From the NCBI GenBank assembly GCA_043228905.1, contig JBHGNT010000014.1, positions 2,294,001-2,358,000 on the forward strand: 64,000 nt of DNA, given 5' to 3'. The position numbers and the translations under genes are program-made. Source of the stretch: Azolla caroliniana. Its lineage: Eukaryota > Plantae > Polypodiophyta. This document shows, in pieces, positions 11,797-23,680 of the stretch (within the stretch, counting starts at the first letter, position 1; every line of letters starts with the position of its first letter). Below the pieces are notes generated by a model. The model saw only the letters and a program-made list of their open reading frames with translations. It ran no database searches and had not been told where the DNA came from.

Positions 11797-14700
11797 TGTT
11801 AGGAAATAGGTCCCTCCGGATGGGAAATGACAAGTACCCGGCTACGGAGAGCCGGATGGTGCAGACCCGGTGAGAACCAGATGAGGAGTACCCGAAAACG
11901 GAAGACCCGGTGAGAACCAGATGACGAGTACCCGGCAAGCACCGGATGATGCAAGGCCGGTGAGGAGTGCTCACTGGATGAAGAGACATATTCGTAAATA
12001 TGTTTCTGAGAGTCCATCGTGGCTATATTTGTAAATAGCCGAAAAGTCATTTTAGTATAAATATGACTTAGGGCAAACTGTTGTTTATATCTGTGATGTA
12101 GTTGTCATTCTTGTTGGTGCAAGATTTGTGCGTGCAACTGTGTACAGAGAGAGTGAGAGAGAGGAAGAGGGCGTTGCCTCTATTGTAACCGCCGCCTGTG
12201 GCGAAGATAGAAAGCTCGAGGTCATTGCTTCGGTGCTTTACCATTTTGTACATTCTGACATATTGATAGTTTGCAGTCTGTGGGCTGTCGTGGTTTTTTC
12301 CCGTATTTGGGTTTTCCACGTAAACATCCTGTGTACTCTTCTCTTCACTGTGTTGTGCATTCATTCCCGGTTTTCTGTGTATGATTCTAAGCTCGGTTGT
12401 GGCCGAGCGTTGTGCATAGGGAGCGTGTAGTTCATGTCAAAGTGGTATCAGAGCAAAACGACACAGAAAATGGATGATTCGTTGGGAGGCATGTTCAAGC
12501 TCACCGTCTCCAACTATTCGGTGTGGAAGTCGAAGATGAGGGACATGCTCGTGGTTAAAGATCTTTGGTTTCCGGTTCAGTTTGGGGACAACAGACCGGA
12601 CAAAATCGACGCCACGATATGGGAGGTGATGCACATGAAGACAACGGCGTACATATGGTGCTTCATCGACATGAGACTATACAACAACTTCAATGAAGAG
12701 AGCAAGGCTCATGAGCTCTGGGAGAAGATCAGCATTATGTTTGAAAACAAAAATGTTGTTAATCAGGTTTCGGTATTCCGGAAGCTAGTAAGACTCCGGT
12801 ACCAAGATGGCTCCAGGATGACGGAGCACATGAATGCCTTCCAGGGGCTGATCCACCAGGAAACATCATTGGAAGTACCTCTCACCGATGAGGTACTAGC
12901 GCTAGTCCTGCTTGGTTCCCTCCCGGATAGCTGGGAGACGTTGGTTGTCACTTTGGGCAACGCCGGGCCGGAAGGGAAACGGTTATCCCTAGCAAGAGTA
13001 AAGTCGAGCTTGCTAGATGAGGAGGCGCGTCGGAAAGATAAGGATACAAGCTCCGACTCCAAAGCGCTCCTTACCGAATTGGAACGCGGAAGACAAAGGA
13101 ACCGTATTCCCCAGAACCGGGAGAAGTCGGGGACATGGTCAAAGTCAAGGGGGAGGCCTACTTGCTTCTATTGCGGCAAGCCTGCACACTTCTAGAAGAA
13201 CTGTCGGCATTTCCGTAAAGACAAGGAAACCGACGGTACCAATTCGAAGCGGACACCAGACAAGAACGGTAAAGACTGGACGGGAACAGACCAGTGTCGT
13301 AGTGTATTTCGTACACTACGTGAAAAACTTATAAAGTACCGATTTAATAAATATGAATAAATAGTAGAAAATATTAAAATATATATAACATGCATAAGGC
13401 AAGATTCAAACCTTGCACCTCCATGTTAATAATGTAATGTCTTACCATTACACTAGCATTTCATTAGAGTTAAAAAGTAGATGACCCACATAGAAAGTTA
13501 AGTTCACGTAGGATAAACTTTAGTTAAAAGAAAAACGCATGCTAAAAGAAAAAGCTACGCATGCATATCTAGCGTGCATGAACGTTATAGTCGATAAAAA
13601 ACGCACAAGATAGAAAAGCATGATCACTTTAGATAAAGCATATGGTCTATCTATAGGAAAAACATGGAGTCTATAGTTAGAAAAAAAAGCATGGATTGTG
13701 AAGACTCTCTCATCACCATATAAGGATGGGGAGCACAATGTAATAGGGGTGTGCAATATTTGGGAAATTGGATATATTTCCTAAAACACCAATAATAAAA
13801 TAGAATCGTGGGATTCACGAAGTTTTATATAATCTATCTCTTTCAATTTAAATTCATATTCTTACATAAATATTGATTAACTTAATACTTGTGGGATTCA
13901 CAAGGTTTGATCTCTTTTCTATTTTTACTCTAAACTATTCTAAACTATTTCAACTTATTACTATGATTAAGACAAACTAAAACAACTCTACTTGTGGGAC
14001 TCACAAGCTTCTAATAATCTATACATATTTAAAATCACCTCAAATTCTTCCTCTTCCTAGTCCATAACCCCAGTGGTTCCCACTCAACTCATGCAAACGA
14101 TCTGGCGCCGAAAGGCACGACATCGGAAGGGAACGACGGCAATCGCGACAAGTGAAGAAGAGTTGATGCTCATCACCGAGGAGAGTGAGATAAACCTTGC
14201 CAGCGACGAAATGACCTGGGTGGTCGACTCCGGAGCGTCGTTCCACCTTACCCCGAACCGGAAATGCTTCTCATCCTACTCAGCCGATGATCACGGCTGT
14301 GTCCGGATGGGGAATGAAGGTACATGCCGAATTGTCGGCATAGGAGACGTGTGGCTGACAACACCAACCGGATGCAAGTTGCTGCTGAAGGATGTCTGAC
14401 ACGTTCCGGAGGTTCGTCTGAACCTGATATCAGCCGGTCGGCTAGATGATGAAGGCTACACGGGTAGCATCTGGAACGGTGTTATGAAGTTCAGCAAAGG
14501 GAGCCTGATTGTGGCTCGGGCTCGGAAGGTAAACACGTTGTACCTGATGAATGCCCCGTTATGTCCGGAGGAAGTGAACGTGGCATCCGACACTGCCGGT
14601 GAGCTGTGGCACAAGAGGCTGTGTCACATGAGCAAGAAGGGGATGAAGAGGCTTGCAGACGACAACCTCATTCCAGTGAAGAACATGCACTTGGAGAAGT

Positions 14701-17700
14701 GCACTGATTATCTGGCCGGTAAACAAAACCGGACCTCCTTCCGATCGAGGCCACCGATGAGACGTAATGCATCACTGGAGTTGGTGCATACTGATGTGTG
14801 TCAAGTGGACACGAAGTCACATGCAGGATTGCAGTACTTCGTGATGTTCATTGATGACCGCAGCCGGAAGCTGTGGGCCACACCGTTGAAGACGAAGGAT
14901 CAGGTGTTATCCGTCTTCAAAGAGCTCCACGCGAGAGTGTTCGAGCAGATAACGGAGGTGAATACTGGGGGCAGTTCGAGGAGTACTTTCGCTCGAAGGG
15001 AATCCGGCTCGAATTTACCATGCCGAAGACGCTGGAACTAAACGGGCTGGCCGAGAGGATGAACCGGACCATAATGGAGAGGGTCCGGAGTATGCTGGCG
15101 CATGCAAAACTACCCAAGAAGTTTTGGGTTGAGGCACTGTCGACGACGACATATGTGATAAATAGATCACCCTCAGTACCCTTGGACGGAGACATGCCAC
15201 AGAGAGTCTGGAACGGTAAGGAAGTGTCCTACCGGCATCTGAAGGTATTCGGGTGTCTTGCTACGTGCATGTAGCTAAGGACCAGAGAGGAAAGTTGGAT
15301 CCAAAGACCCGACCATGCATATTCCTCGGTTACAGCGACGATGAGTTTGGCTACCGAGTGTGGGACCTGGTCGACAAGAAGTTATTCCGGAGTCGAGATA
15401 TTATCTTCATGGAGGACAAGACGCTCGCCGACTAGGAGTCGGAGAAGAAGATAATGAACTCCGAGTCGACAGGTAAGGATGGATTCTACGATGAGCAGAC
15501 CCAACCAGCAAGAGATCGGTTAGCAGTCGAGGAACTAGTTGGTTACGGTGAGGATACCAAACCGGCAGAAGAAGAAGTAGAGGAAGCTGAAACCGGAACC
15601 GGCCAAGACCCCGAATTGGATTCGGATGAAGAGCAAATTGAGGAGCCGGTTACCGAAGCCCAGAGACGGAAATATCCTCTCAGAGAGAGAAGGGCCCCCC
15701 GAAGATTTCCGGATGCAGAGCATGTGCTTCTAATCGATGAGGGGCAGCCAGAAAGCTTCGAAGAAGCGAAGGATGACACCCACAGCCGAAAATGGTTAAG
15801 TGCCATGCAGGATGAGATGGATTCCCTACATGAGAACCATACGTACAAATTGGTGGAGTTGCCGGAAGGAAAGCGGGCACTCCGAAATAAGTGGGTGTAC
15901 AAGTTGAAACCGGGAAATGCCAACAAACCCCTGAGATACAAAGCCAGGATCGTGGTGAAGGGGTTCCAACAGAAGAAGGGTGTGGACTTCGACGAGATAT
16001 TTGCCCCGGTAGTAAAGATGACCTCCATCCGGACGGTGCTGAGTACAACGGCAAGCATGGACCTCGAGGTAGAGCAGCTGGACGTGAAGACGATATTCCT
16101 TCACGGTGACCTCGAAGAGGAGATCTACATGCACCAACCGGAAGGATTCATGGAGAAGAGGAAGGAGCACCTAGCTTGCCGGTTTAAGAAGAGCCTCTAT
16201 GGGTTGAAGCAGGACCCCCGGCAATGGTACCGGAAGTTCGACTCCTTCATGACCGATCAAGGGTACCACAAGACGCAGGCCGATCACTGCGTGTTTGTGA
16301 AGAAGTTCGAAGGAGGCGACTTCCTGATACTCCTTCTGTATGTAGACGACATGTTGATCGTCGGACGGGACCAAGCCAAAATACGGATGCTGAAGAAGGC
16401 TCTCAAACGGACCTTCTCAATGAAAGACTTGGGTCCGGCAAGATAGATGTTGGGGATGCATATCATCCGGAACCGGCCAACGAAGCAATTGTGGCTATCA
16501 CAGGAGAAGTACGTGACAAAGGTGCTTTAGCGGTTCAACATGTCAGATGCGAAACCGGTCGGATCGACATTTCCAGCAAACTGCAGGTTATCCGGTAAGA
16601 AAAGCCCGAAAACGAAAGCAGAGAAGGCGGATATGATGAAGGTTCCATATGCCTCTACCGTCGGGAGCTTAATGTACGCAATGGTGTGTACCCGACCGGA
16701 TATAGGATACGCAGTCAAAGTGGTGAGCCGGTTTATGAGCAATCCCGGCAAGGAGCACTGGAACGCGCTCAAATGGATACTCCGGTACTTGAAGGGCACT
16801 TCAAATACGTGTCTCCGATTCGGCTCTGGAAAACCTCAACTTGACGGTTTTACCGATTCGGACATGTCGGCTGAATTGGATACCAGCCGGTTTACATCTA
16901 GGTATGTAATGACATATGCAAGGGGAGATGTTTCGTGGCAGTCAAGGCTGCAGAAGACGGTTGCATTGTCAACCACGGAGGCGGAGTACATGGCGGCTGT
17001 GGAAGCCAGCAAGGAAATATTATGGATGAAGGACTTCATCGGAGAGCTCGGTATCCGGGAAGATGAATACCGGCTCTATTGCGACAGTCAAAGTGCCATC
17101 GACCTTGCTAAGAATGCGGCCTACCATTCCCGGACGAAGCATATCCAACGAAGGTATCACTGGATCCTGGAAAGAGTAGATGACCAGGAGTTCGCGCTGA
17201 CGAAGATCCACACGGCTGAGAATGGGTCAGATATGTTGACCAAAGTGCTGATACTGGACAAGCTGGAAGCATGTCGGAAGCGGATCGGACTAGTAAGGCA
17301 CCCCATGCTGGAGTGAAGGGGGAGTTTGTTAGGAAACAGGTCCCTTCGGATGGGAAATGACGAGTACCCGGCTACGGAGAGCCGGATGGTGCAGACCCGG
17401 TGGGATCCGGATGAGGAGTACCCAGAAATGGAAGACCCGGTGAGAACCAGATGATGAGTACCCGGCAAGCGCCGGATGATGTAGGCCCGGTGAGGAGTGC
17501 TCACCGGATGAGGAGACATATTCGTAAATATGTTTCTGAGAGTCCATCATGGCTATATTTGTAAATAGCCGAAAAGTCATTTTAGTATAAATATGACCTA
17601 GGGCAAACGGTTGTTTATATTTGTGATGTAGTTGTCATTCATGTTGGTGCAAGATTTGTGCGCGCAACTGTGTACAGAGAGAGTGAGAGAGAGGAAGAGG

Positions 17701-17928
17701 GCATTGCGTCTGTTGTAACCGCTGCCTGTGGCGAAGATAGAAAGCTCGAGGTCGTTGCTTCGGTGCTTTAACACTTGTACATTTTGACATAGTGATAGTT
17801 TGGAGTCTGTGGGCTGCCGTGGTTTTTTCCCGTATTTTGGTTTTCCACGTAAACATCCTGTGTACTCTTCTCTTCACTGTGTCGTGCATTCAGTCCCGGT
17901 TTTCTGTGTATGATTCTAAGCTCGGTTG
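11797..17928 (+). mobile_element. Decayed Copia A3 with divergent gag; 3' LTR truncated
   Basis: 5' LTR 11797-12439, PBS 12443-12454, gag from 12470, pol to 17316 with stops and frameshifts, PPT, 3' LTR 17327-17928 lacking about 40 bp; carries solo LTR 13295-14122. Confidence 0.93.
13295..14122 (+). mobile_element. Gypsy-type solo LTR inserted in the gag of A3
   Basis: TGTCGTAGTG...GGCACGACA; homologous to 50673-51439 and 52548-52875; flanks CCAG/TCGG fit a decayed 4-bp CCGG TSD. Confidence 0.88.
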
Positions 17929-20900
17929 CTCACTCAGTACCTTCGCACCGAACCAGATAGGGAAGCGCGTGTCATCTTCGTCCTCTTGATTTACAACCCA
18001 CCAGATCCCGGTCGGGCTGGTGTCCATAGTGATGTAGACCGGAGTTCCCGGTGCGTATTCCACTTTGCGCAAAGCCGCTGCCGCAGCAAGCGTTCGTTTT
18101 AGTTTCTGGACCGCCCCCTTATGTTCCTTTGTCCATTCAAATTTCTTGTTCTTCTTTAGCAGGCCGTAGAGTGGTTCGGCGACGTGCGCGTAATGAGGGA
18201 TCCATATGTGGTAGAAGGCGCATGCTCCCAGGAACCGCCGGAGCTCCGTGATGGATCCGCACTCCTCCTTCATTGCCAAGATGGCCTCTACCTTGGTTGG
18301 TGATGGCTTTCGGCCGTACGGCCCACATAGGTGGCCAACCACTAATATCTCCGGTTGTCTGAAAGCCGACTTTTCGCAAGAGAAGGTAAGCTGCGCGCCC
18401 TCGAGCCTCTGTAGTATCTTCTCGCAGTCGGAGATGTGGTCCGTGACAAACCTCTGGCAGCCGTCTGTGCCGATCGACTCATCCTTAGCGTCTTCCGGAC
18501 ACCCTTTCATAGGGATGTCGTTTAGGAAAGACATGGTTATGTCCGGGATGCAGTCCCTCAGAACTTTGTTCATTGCGTTCACCATGTGTGCCACCGAGTT
18601 GGTTCCGCCCTGTGGTAGGGTACACATTCGAACTAGGCCGAGAGGGGTCTGCATCATCGTGATGTCCCTGCTGTCCATGGCAAGCTGGAATTGGTCATAC
18701 CTCGAGTAAAGGTCTTCGACCGAGTATATGGACCTTCCGGCGAAGGCTTCAGCGAACTCGTCGATCGACGACCCTACTCCCGTATTACGGATGGTCACTT
18801 TGTTGACCGGTTGTAAGTCCTAGATTACTGCAGCGTGCCGTTCTTCTTTGGTACCGTAAACCACCGGTTAGAATGGGGGGCACTCGACGGTTCGAGGATG
18901 CATAGCTCCACTTTCTGCTCAAGAAGCTCCATCAACATCGGCATGTGAGCTCTCGATATTGGGATTGGCTTGAGACTCCATGGTATGTGTGGTACTGTAA
19001 AGATCACCATTGGCTTGACGATGGTCGGGTCGACACACCCGATCTCTCCTGGTGAGAATGCGAAGGCCTTCCCGTGCCTCTCGAGCATTCCATGGAACCG
19101 GTCCTCTTCTGCCGATAGTAGGAAGCCACCCCCACCGATCTTCATCTCTCGTAGCGTTTTCTTGGTGAAACGATGTCCTATGCCAGCCGGATTTCGTAGG
19201 CACCGGTTGGTAGCGACCCTCTTTATTCGTTCCGAGCTGCCCTTCGGTAAGGGGGCCACGACGGGCTTCACCTTCCGGTCCACAATCTTGTATTTTGTGT
19301 CTACTCGGGCAATCCGATGTGCCCTGGTTCCTCTTTCGAAGTCCGCAATGAATTCATACATGTCGATCGAGTTGACTGGTATGACTCGGTCTTCCCTTAG
19401 ACCTCCAACTACCTTCCCGATTTCCCCCAAGGTGTCATTGAACGAGACTGCCTCCACGGCTTCCCCAATTCCTTCATCATGGCTTAAGGCTCCGCATGCC
19501 TTCAAGCGTACCTCGGCCTGTTTTCTTTCTCTGCTGCTGATGCTGGCTATGGTACACCCCCCGTTGTTGGAGAACAAAAATTTCCTACCTATTTTACAGG
19601 TGTGGGGAGTTTCCCGGTTGTCCGGACTATCGTGGCCCCACGCCTCGATAGCCCTATCTAAAAATCCGGCTTATCATCATTCCCGAGGGTGTCCCGGTTT
19701 CGTTCGTGGTTCTTCCAAACGGTCAAAAATTGGACGGAGTGATGGCCGTCCTGACTTTTTACCCTCGCATAGGCTGAACCATTGTCCAACACTTTCGTCT
19801 CCATTCTAGCTGCTGTGATGTATGGTTCTTTGAGGATGACCGGGTAGGAGGACGTTTCTTGCACAAAAAAGTGTTGGTTTATGTCGACGTCTCCGATGCT
19901 CACCCTGACGTTCGGGCAGGCCCCGTGCAACTCTTCTGTGGCTCTTGTTGCCATGCGTATCTTCCACCCATGTTTGGTGCTGATCGGCCAATTTCCCTTT
20001 TTGTAGAAGTTCATGGACATTAGGTTAATTTCCGACCCGTGGTCGATTAATGCCACCACCGGTTCCTTGACATTCCCGATTCGAACCGGGGTCTCTGTAG
20101 TAGCTCTTGCCCAGTGCGGCTTGGAGTAGTGGCTTTCCGCAAGCTCGTCTTCCGTGGCAATCTCGTCGAGAAGTGCCGCCCTCACCTCGACCGGCTTCTC
20201 AGGCTCTGCTTCTGTCGCGAGACACTTCCTCTTCACGAGGTCCACGATGCTGTTGTGGAACTCCCTTCTCACTATACCGACCACTTCCCTAAGCGTGAGT
20301 TCTATGCCACTGTTGAGAACTCGCTCCTCTAGAACCTTTTTTAGGTTCGTTGTTTTCTCGATTTCCGAGCTTATGCGGAAGCTCGAAATCCTACCCTTCT
20401 CCTTCTCCTGGGACCCGGTCGGAGCGACATCGTTCTTTTTGGGCGTGCTTCGGGTGTCATACCTCCCCAAAGGGCCCGCTCCCATAGTTTTCCCCGATCG
20501 TCTTTCGTCGATCAGGGCCTACTAGTTCTTGCACGCGGCTTCCACAAAGCCTATGCTTTCTTCAACGGGGTCGCTCCACCCGGTAACTTCGCGCACACGT
20601 TCTTCCGTGTGCTCTGCTTCTCCTTTCTACAACCTTCCTCCAGTCAAGGTTTCGAGAATAGTTGGCCAGAATCCAGGGTTTGAATCGGGATTGCTCGCCT
20701 TTTCCACTACTCGGATGCCGATCGAAGCCGAATAGTGGATGGCTTCAACGTGTCGGGCCGTAGCCTCTTCCATTATCCTCTTCATGCCACCTCGTCCGAA
20801 ATTCGTGTTGAGCAGTCTTCGCGTGTCGCTCGCAGGTATCTAGCCATTTGAAAGGTAGACTACATTACTCCTGAGTGCTTCTCTTCGGGTATGTCCGGCC

Positions 20901-21351
20901 GCGTCGCACCATACGCACGTATGATTGGCCGGTGGTTGCCGGTCGTGCGGCTGACCCTCATCGCTTCGGCGGGCTTGGGCGATCTGGAGGTCGCATACCA
21001 CCCTTGTTAGCTCTTCTAGCCCTACGCCGCCTGTAGGTTCCGCAACTATGTTCATCGTGGTTGGGCCTAACTTGAGCCACCTCCTCGTTTCTTCCATTCG
21101 GGTCAGCATCGGTTCGGCCCTGATTTCGACAGCCTGTCCGACCGACGAGGATCCCTTTTCTCTCCGGTCTCGGCGTTTGTCAATCTTGCTACATACTTCT
21201 TTGACAGTCACCCAGTCAGTCGTGAGATCCCGGTTGGTTTCTAGAAGAAGACCCACAATTTCTCGGACGCGCGAATCGAAAGATGTCACGAAAAATAGGA
21301 CTTTGCTTGTTTCGAGCACGGTTCGAAAGATGTCACGAAAAATAGGACTTT

Positions 21352-22712
21352 GCTTCACACACTATGTAAAAAAAATAATGAAATAATTATTATAGATTAG
21401 ATTAGTAGCTTACTATAGAAAGATGGATATACTCAAGAGCTTCAAAACGTATTTTACTATATACAAAATGGAGAAATACATATCATGTTATGTGAAAATA
21501 AAGTTTGAGAAGATAGGAAATTAGAACTATCCCACATAGATAGGAAAGTTAAGGCCCTGGCTATATAAGCACCTTGAGCTACCTCATTTTTCATTTGTGC
21601 TAAGAGCACTTTGGCCACTTTGTCTTAATGGATGATGGTGGCCAGATTCCCTAAAACCGGAAACCGGCCGGTAAACAAATCCGGAAACCGGCTGGTAAGC
21701 AAATCTGGAAACCGGCCGGTAAGCAAATCCGGAAACTGGTCCGGTAGGCAAATCCGGAAACCAGCCGGTAAGCAAAATCGGAATCGGAACCGGTAAGCAA
21801 ACCGGAACTGGTTGGCAAGCAAAACTGGAAATGGAACTGGCAAGCAAACCGGAACCGGAATCGGCCGGCAAGCAAAATTGGAACCGGAACCGTTCGGCAA
21901 GCAAAATTGGAAACCGGCCGGTAAGCAAAACCGGAACCACAACCGGCAAGCAAAATGGAACCGGCCGGCGAGGGATTCGGTGATCGGGCGGAACTAGCTA
22001 CCGGACGAGGTTGGACGCAGACGGACGGAAGATTGGATCATGCAACAAACTAAAGTAATGTGAAAAGAACTAAAGTAAAGGCCACGTGGACGCAAGCAAC
22101 TAAAGTTGGAGTGCATGCAAAAAGTAAAGGTCATGTGGACGGTCACATGCAACTAAACGAAAAAGCCATGCAACTAAAAATAGATGCAACTAAAAGTAGA
22201 GGCCATGCAACAAAAAGTGGAAAGGCTATGATCAAGGGAGAACTCCATATATATTCCATTTTTTTTCCTACACTGGGACTCACTCTCCATATTATCTTAA
22301 TTTTTTTTCTTTTCTTTGAGCTCCCCTATCTTATCGAAGCCATATCTCTCAAGTAAAACCCGAATTTCCTTACCGAAGCCATATCTTACTCATAACTCTA
22401 AATTTCCATACAGAAGCTATTCAACTCATAAAACCATAATCTCTTATCAAAGCCAAGAACCCTAATTTTCTATAGAATTCATATCTTAATTTCCTCTAAT
22501 CTATTACTCTAGCCATCTCCATTAGCAAACTTTTTGTAATCCCAATCTCGGAATTAATTGTAATCTTTCTTTCTACTTGTTAATGAAATTTGTTAATCTT
22601 TCTCATTTCGGTTAATTCTTGGTACATAAATACACAAATTTGATATCCTCTAGTCAAAGGCCCCAGGGTCTTGCCTCAACGTTCACGTATCCTCATCGTA
22701 TTTTTCGCGACA
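21352..22712 (+). mobile_element. Solo LTR (same family as 37745-39103) inserted in G1 gag; first ~12 bp lost
   Basis: Reverse-complement match to 37745-39103; ends TTCGCGACA; CCGG-rich tandem repeat at 21650-21970. Confidence 0.88.
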
Positions 22713-22944
22713 CCGCTAGCCATCTATCTTCGGGTATGTTTCTCATCTGCATTTCAGATTTGTAGGCCTCTAAGTAACTCGTGGCGTCCTTTCCGCCGAA
22801 CCGGCTTATCTTGCCGACCATTGCTTCTATGGCCTGGTCGAGGGCACTCACGCCCTCGCGTGCACTAACCAGGCGGTCTACCGCCACCGCCATTGCTTCT
22901 GCCAGTTCGCTTCCTCTCATCTCCAGATTCCTTTGCCACCCTTC

Positions 22945-22962
22945 TTCACGTTGGGTTCACCA
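22945..22962 (-). promoter_or_regulatory. Primer-binding site complementary to the tRNA-Trp 3' end
   Basis: TGGTGAACCCAACGTGAA, 4 nt inside the LTR; TGGTGAACCCGACGTGAA also at 37723-37740 (-) and 52880-52897 (+). Confidence 0.85.
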
Positions 22963-23680
22963 AAGATGTCGAGGAAATCCTCGCGGATTCGTTGAAGTCG
23001 GGCAGGACCATGGGGGTCTCGGACCGAGGAACCGAGGAAACGAGAAGGGAGCCATTTGAGAATTGCGTAGCTCTTGGGACATCAGGAAAACAGGTAATGC
23101 TAGCGATCCAGAGAGGGTAAAAGAGTTGTGCGTAGACGCAGACACGAGCAAGACATTGAGAACAACGTTTGTTAGGCAAGGAGGGTTTCTATTAAACAAC
23201 ACAAGTGCGCAGTGCGGTGGGTGATTACAACCGGATCAGAGCCGGTGATGGAGCGTGGAGCTTGGTAATAGCCAGACACAAAGGTGCGTTGGCACGCTGA
23301 AGGTCGATCCCCTAGCCGGGAGCACTTGGGCGTGCAGGGGAAGCGCCTTCCGATGATCAATCCTCCTCCTCTTTTTTGTATCTCCTCTCCTCTCTATGGC
23401 ATCCTCAAGATAGTCGAAGGTCACCCCCTTTATAGCACAAGGAGCGACCGTTACAAGCATTCATTACTCGTCGCTTTCCCTTCCTAGATCCTCTCCCTCG
23501 TAACTCTCCCTACATATGCGATGTCTATTTCTTCATTAATGTCCTGACTACGTAGTACCCCTCTGTATACTCACGCCTAGTACTTTTCCTAGCTAATTCT
23601 CTCGAGGCGTGCACTTGCGTAAACCGGTGTTCTTGCGCATTTCACCTTGTTTCTACCTATGGCTCAGAATCTTCACGACA

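Larger units (their letters stand above)
17929..23680 (-). mobile_element. Ty3/Gypsy element G1, truncated in RNase H
   Basis: 5' LTR 22967-23680, PBS-Trp 22945-22962, gag from 22920, protease 19658-20485 (LIDHGSEIN), RT 17929-19577 (DLYSRYDQ, LPQG, FLND); inserted in a Copia integrase at CCGG. Confidence 0.92.

Noticed and set aside
21584-21997. Repetitive ORFs here and at 38348-38954, 6022-6328 and 55839-56295
   Set aside because: Translations of LTR tandem repeats, open in several frames
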